NCBI RefSeq assembly: GCF_963921235.1
Contig: NC_086097.1
Location: forward strand, 136,278,001-136,342,000
Length of the DNA stretch: 64,000 bases
Direction of reading: 5' to 3'
From: Mobula hypostoma
Taxonomy: Eukaryota
The position numbers and the translations under genes are program-made. Shown in pieces: positions 62,746-64,000 of the stretch (positions are counted from its first letter, which is position 1; each line of letters starts with the position of its first letter). Below the pieces are notes generated by a model, which saw nothing but the letters and a program-made list of their open reading frames with translations, made no database searches and was not told the DNA's origin.

Positions 62746-64000
62746 TTTGCACGTAGCCTAACAGGTAAGGCAGACAAGCTGAGGGTGTGGATTGATTCGA
62801 GGGACTGGGATATTGTAACCAGAACAGAAATGTGGCTGAGAGGAGGGCAGGACTGGAAGAGCTATGTCCCAGGATACCACTACTTAAAGGCTGATTTATA
62901 CTTCTGCGTCAACTTGACGCCGTAACCTACGCAAGTAGCCTACGCGCGTTGTGAGCATTTATACTTGTGCGTTGGTGTGTCTGCGTCGCTCTGCAATTCA
63001 TGTACGTCACGCATGCGCACACACCTGCCCGTGCAAGGCTTTATGGTCATGGTAGTCTTTCTCAGTGTAAACAAGAAGTGAGCATCTTTTTTCGTAAAAG
63101 CAAAATGTATCCTCCATAATTTCGGAGGTCTATAAAGTTTTATGGAAAGCATTGCAGCCAGAGTTCCTTCCCTGCCCTTCAGTCGTCCAATGGGAAGCTA
63201 TTGCAGCGTAGGATGAAATGCGATGCTACTAAGTGGACCAATCACAGCTGTTGCGTTCTGCGTTGCCACGACGCGTAGTTACATTTTGGGAGAGGTGCGC
63301 GCCAGGCTATGGCGTAGGGATCCACGTAGGCTCTGCGTAGGGTTCGTGACGACGCTGCATGTACGGCATTGATTTGATGCAGAAGTATAAATCAGTCTTT
63401 AGTGTGACGAAAGAACAGGTAAGGGGGGAAAACATTACAGCGCTGTTTAAAGAGATAGTCAAGTCTAAGGAGGATATTGGGTTGAAGTTAAAAGTAAGAA
63501 GGGGATGGTCACCTTGGTAGGGCTATATTACTGATACACCCAATAATCAGCAGGAATTTGAAGTGTAGATGTGTTGAGAAATGCACATAGTTGTGAGAAT
63601 AGTAGGGTAGTGTTAGTGGGAGATTTCAATTTCCCGGTATCAAACAGGGTCACCCACAGTGCAAAGGGCCTGGAATGGCAAAGCCTGTTCAGTGTATCCA
63701 AGACAGTTTCCTCACTCAATGCAGAGACAAACCTACACAGGAAGGAGCAGTGCTGGATCTCCTGTCAAGGGGCAAGGTGAGCCAAGTAACTGAGGTGGCA
63801 GTCGGGGCACACTTTGGGCCCGGTGATTATATATAGCAATTAGAAAAGATAAAGTCCACAGGTTAAAGTCCTGAACTGGAGCAGGGATGACTTTTGAGGG
63901 CATTAGGCAAGATCTAGTTGGGGTTAACAGGATGAATTTATTTAAAGGCAAAGGTACAAATAACAAGTAGGGGACTTGCAAAAGGGTCATTTCAAGGTGC
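62746..64000 (+). mobile_element. Old CR1 ORF2 endonuclease remnant
   Basis: ARSLTGKADKLRVWI...DIV..TEMWL and RVVLVGDFNFP. Confidence 0.85.
62888..63398 (+). mobile_element. PIF/Harbinger MITE-like derivative, second copy
   Basis: TIRs AGGCTGATTTATACTTCTGC / GCAGAAGTATAAATCAGTCT with TAA and TTA flanks. Shares the 3' block (tttatggaaagcattgcagccagagttccttccc...) with 10653-11356. Confidence 0.88.

Overview
Repeat-dense vertebrate genomic DNA, intergenic or deep intronic. The repeat mix (many CR1/HER1-type LINEs, V-SINE/HE1-type SINEs, Rex1/Babar, L1/Tx1, Penelope-derived short elements) suggests a cartilaginous fish, probably a ray; this is inference only. I recognise no intact host protein-coding gene, and nearly all listed ORFs are TE remnants or noise. 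The standout is a compact 3.94-kb Gypsy LTR element (45636-49577) with two TG...CA LTRs, a TGTG target-site duplication, a tRNA-Pro-like PBS and a PPT. Its RT stops shortly after YVDD and continues in frame into three non-contiguous, intronless pieces of a sarcomeric myosin heavy-chain rod, which sit where RNase H and integrase should be. This looks like capture of host myosin mRNA by a non-autonomous LTR element. Also present: minimal hammerhead-ribozyme motifs in Penelope-derived inserts, two Harbinger deletion derivatives, a four-level TE nest at 59-64 kb, a 33-bp SINE-derived minisatellite, and a few motif-rich unique segments that may be enhancers. Boundaries supported by TSDs or TIRs were read base by base; the others are approximate.
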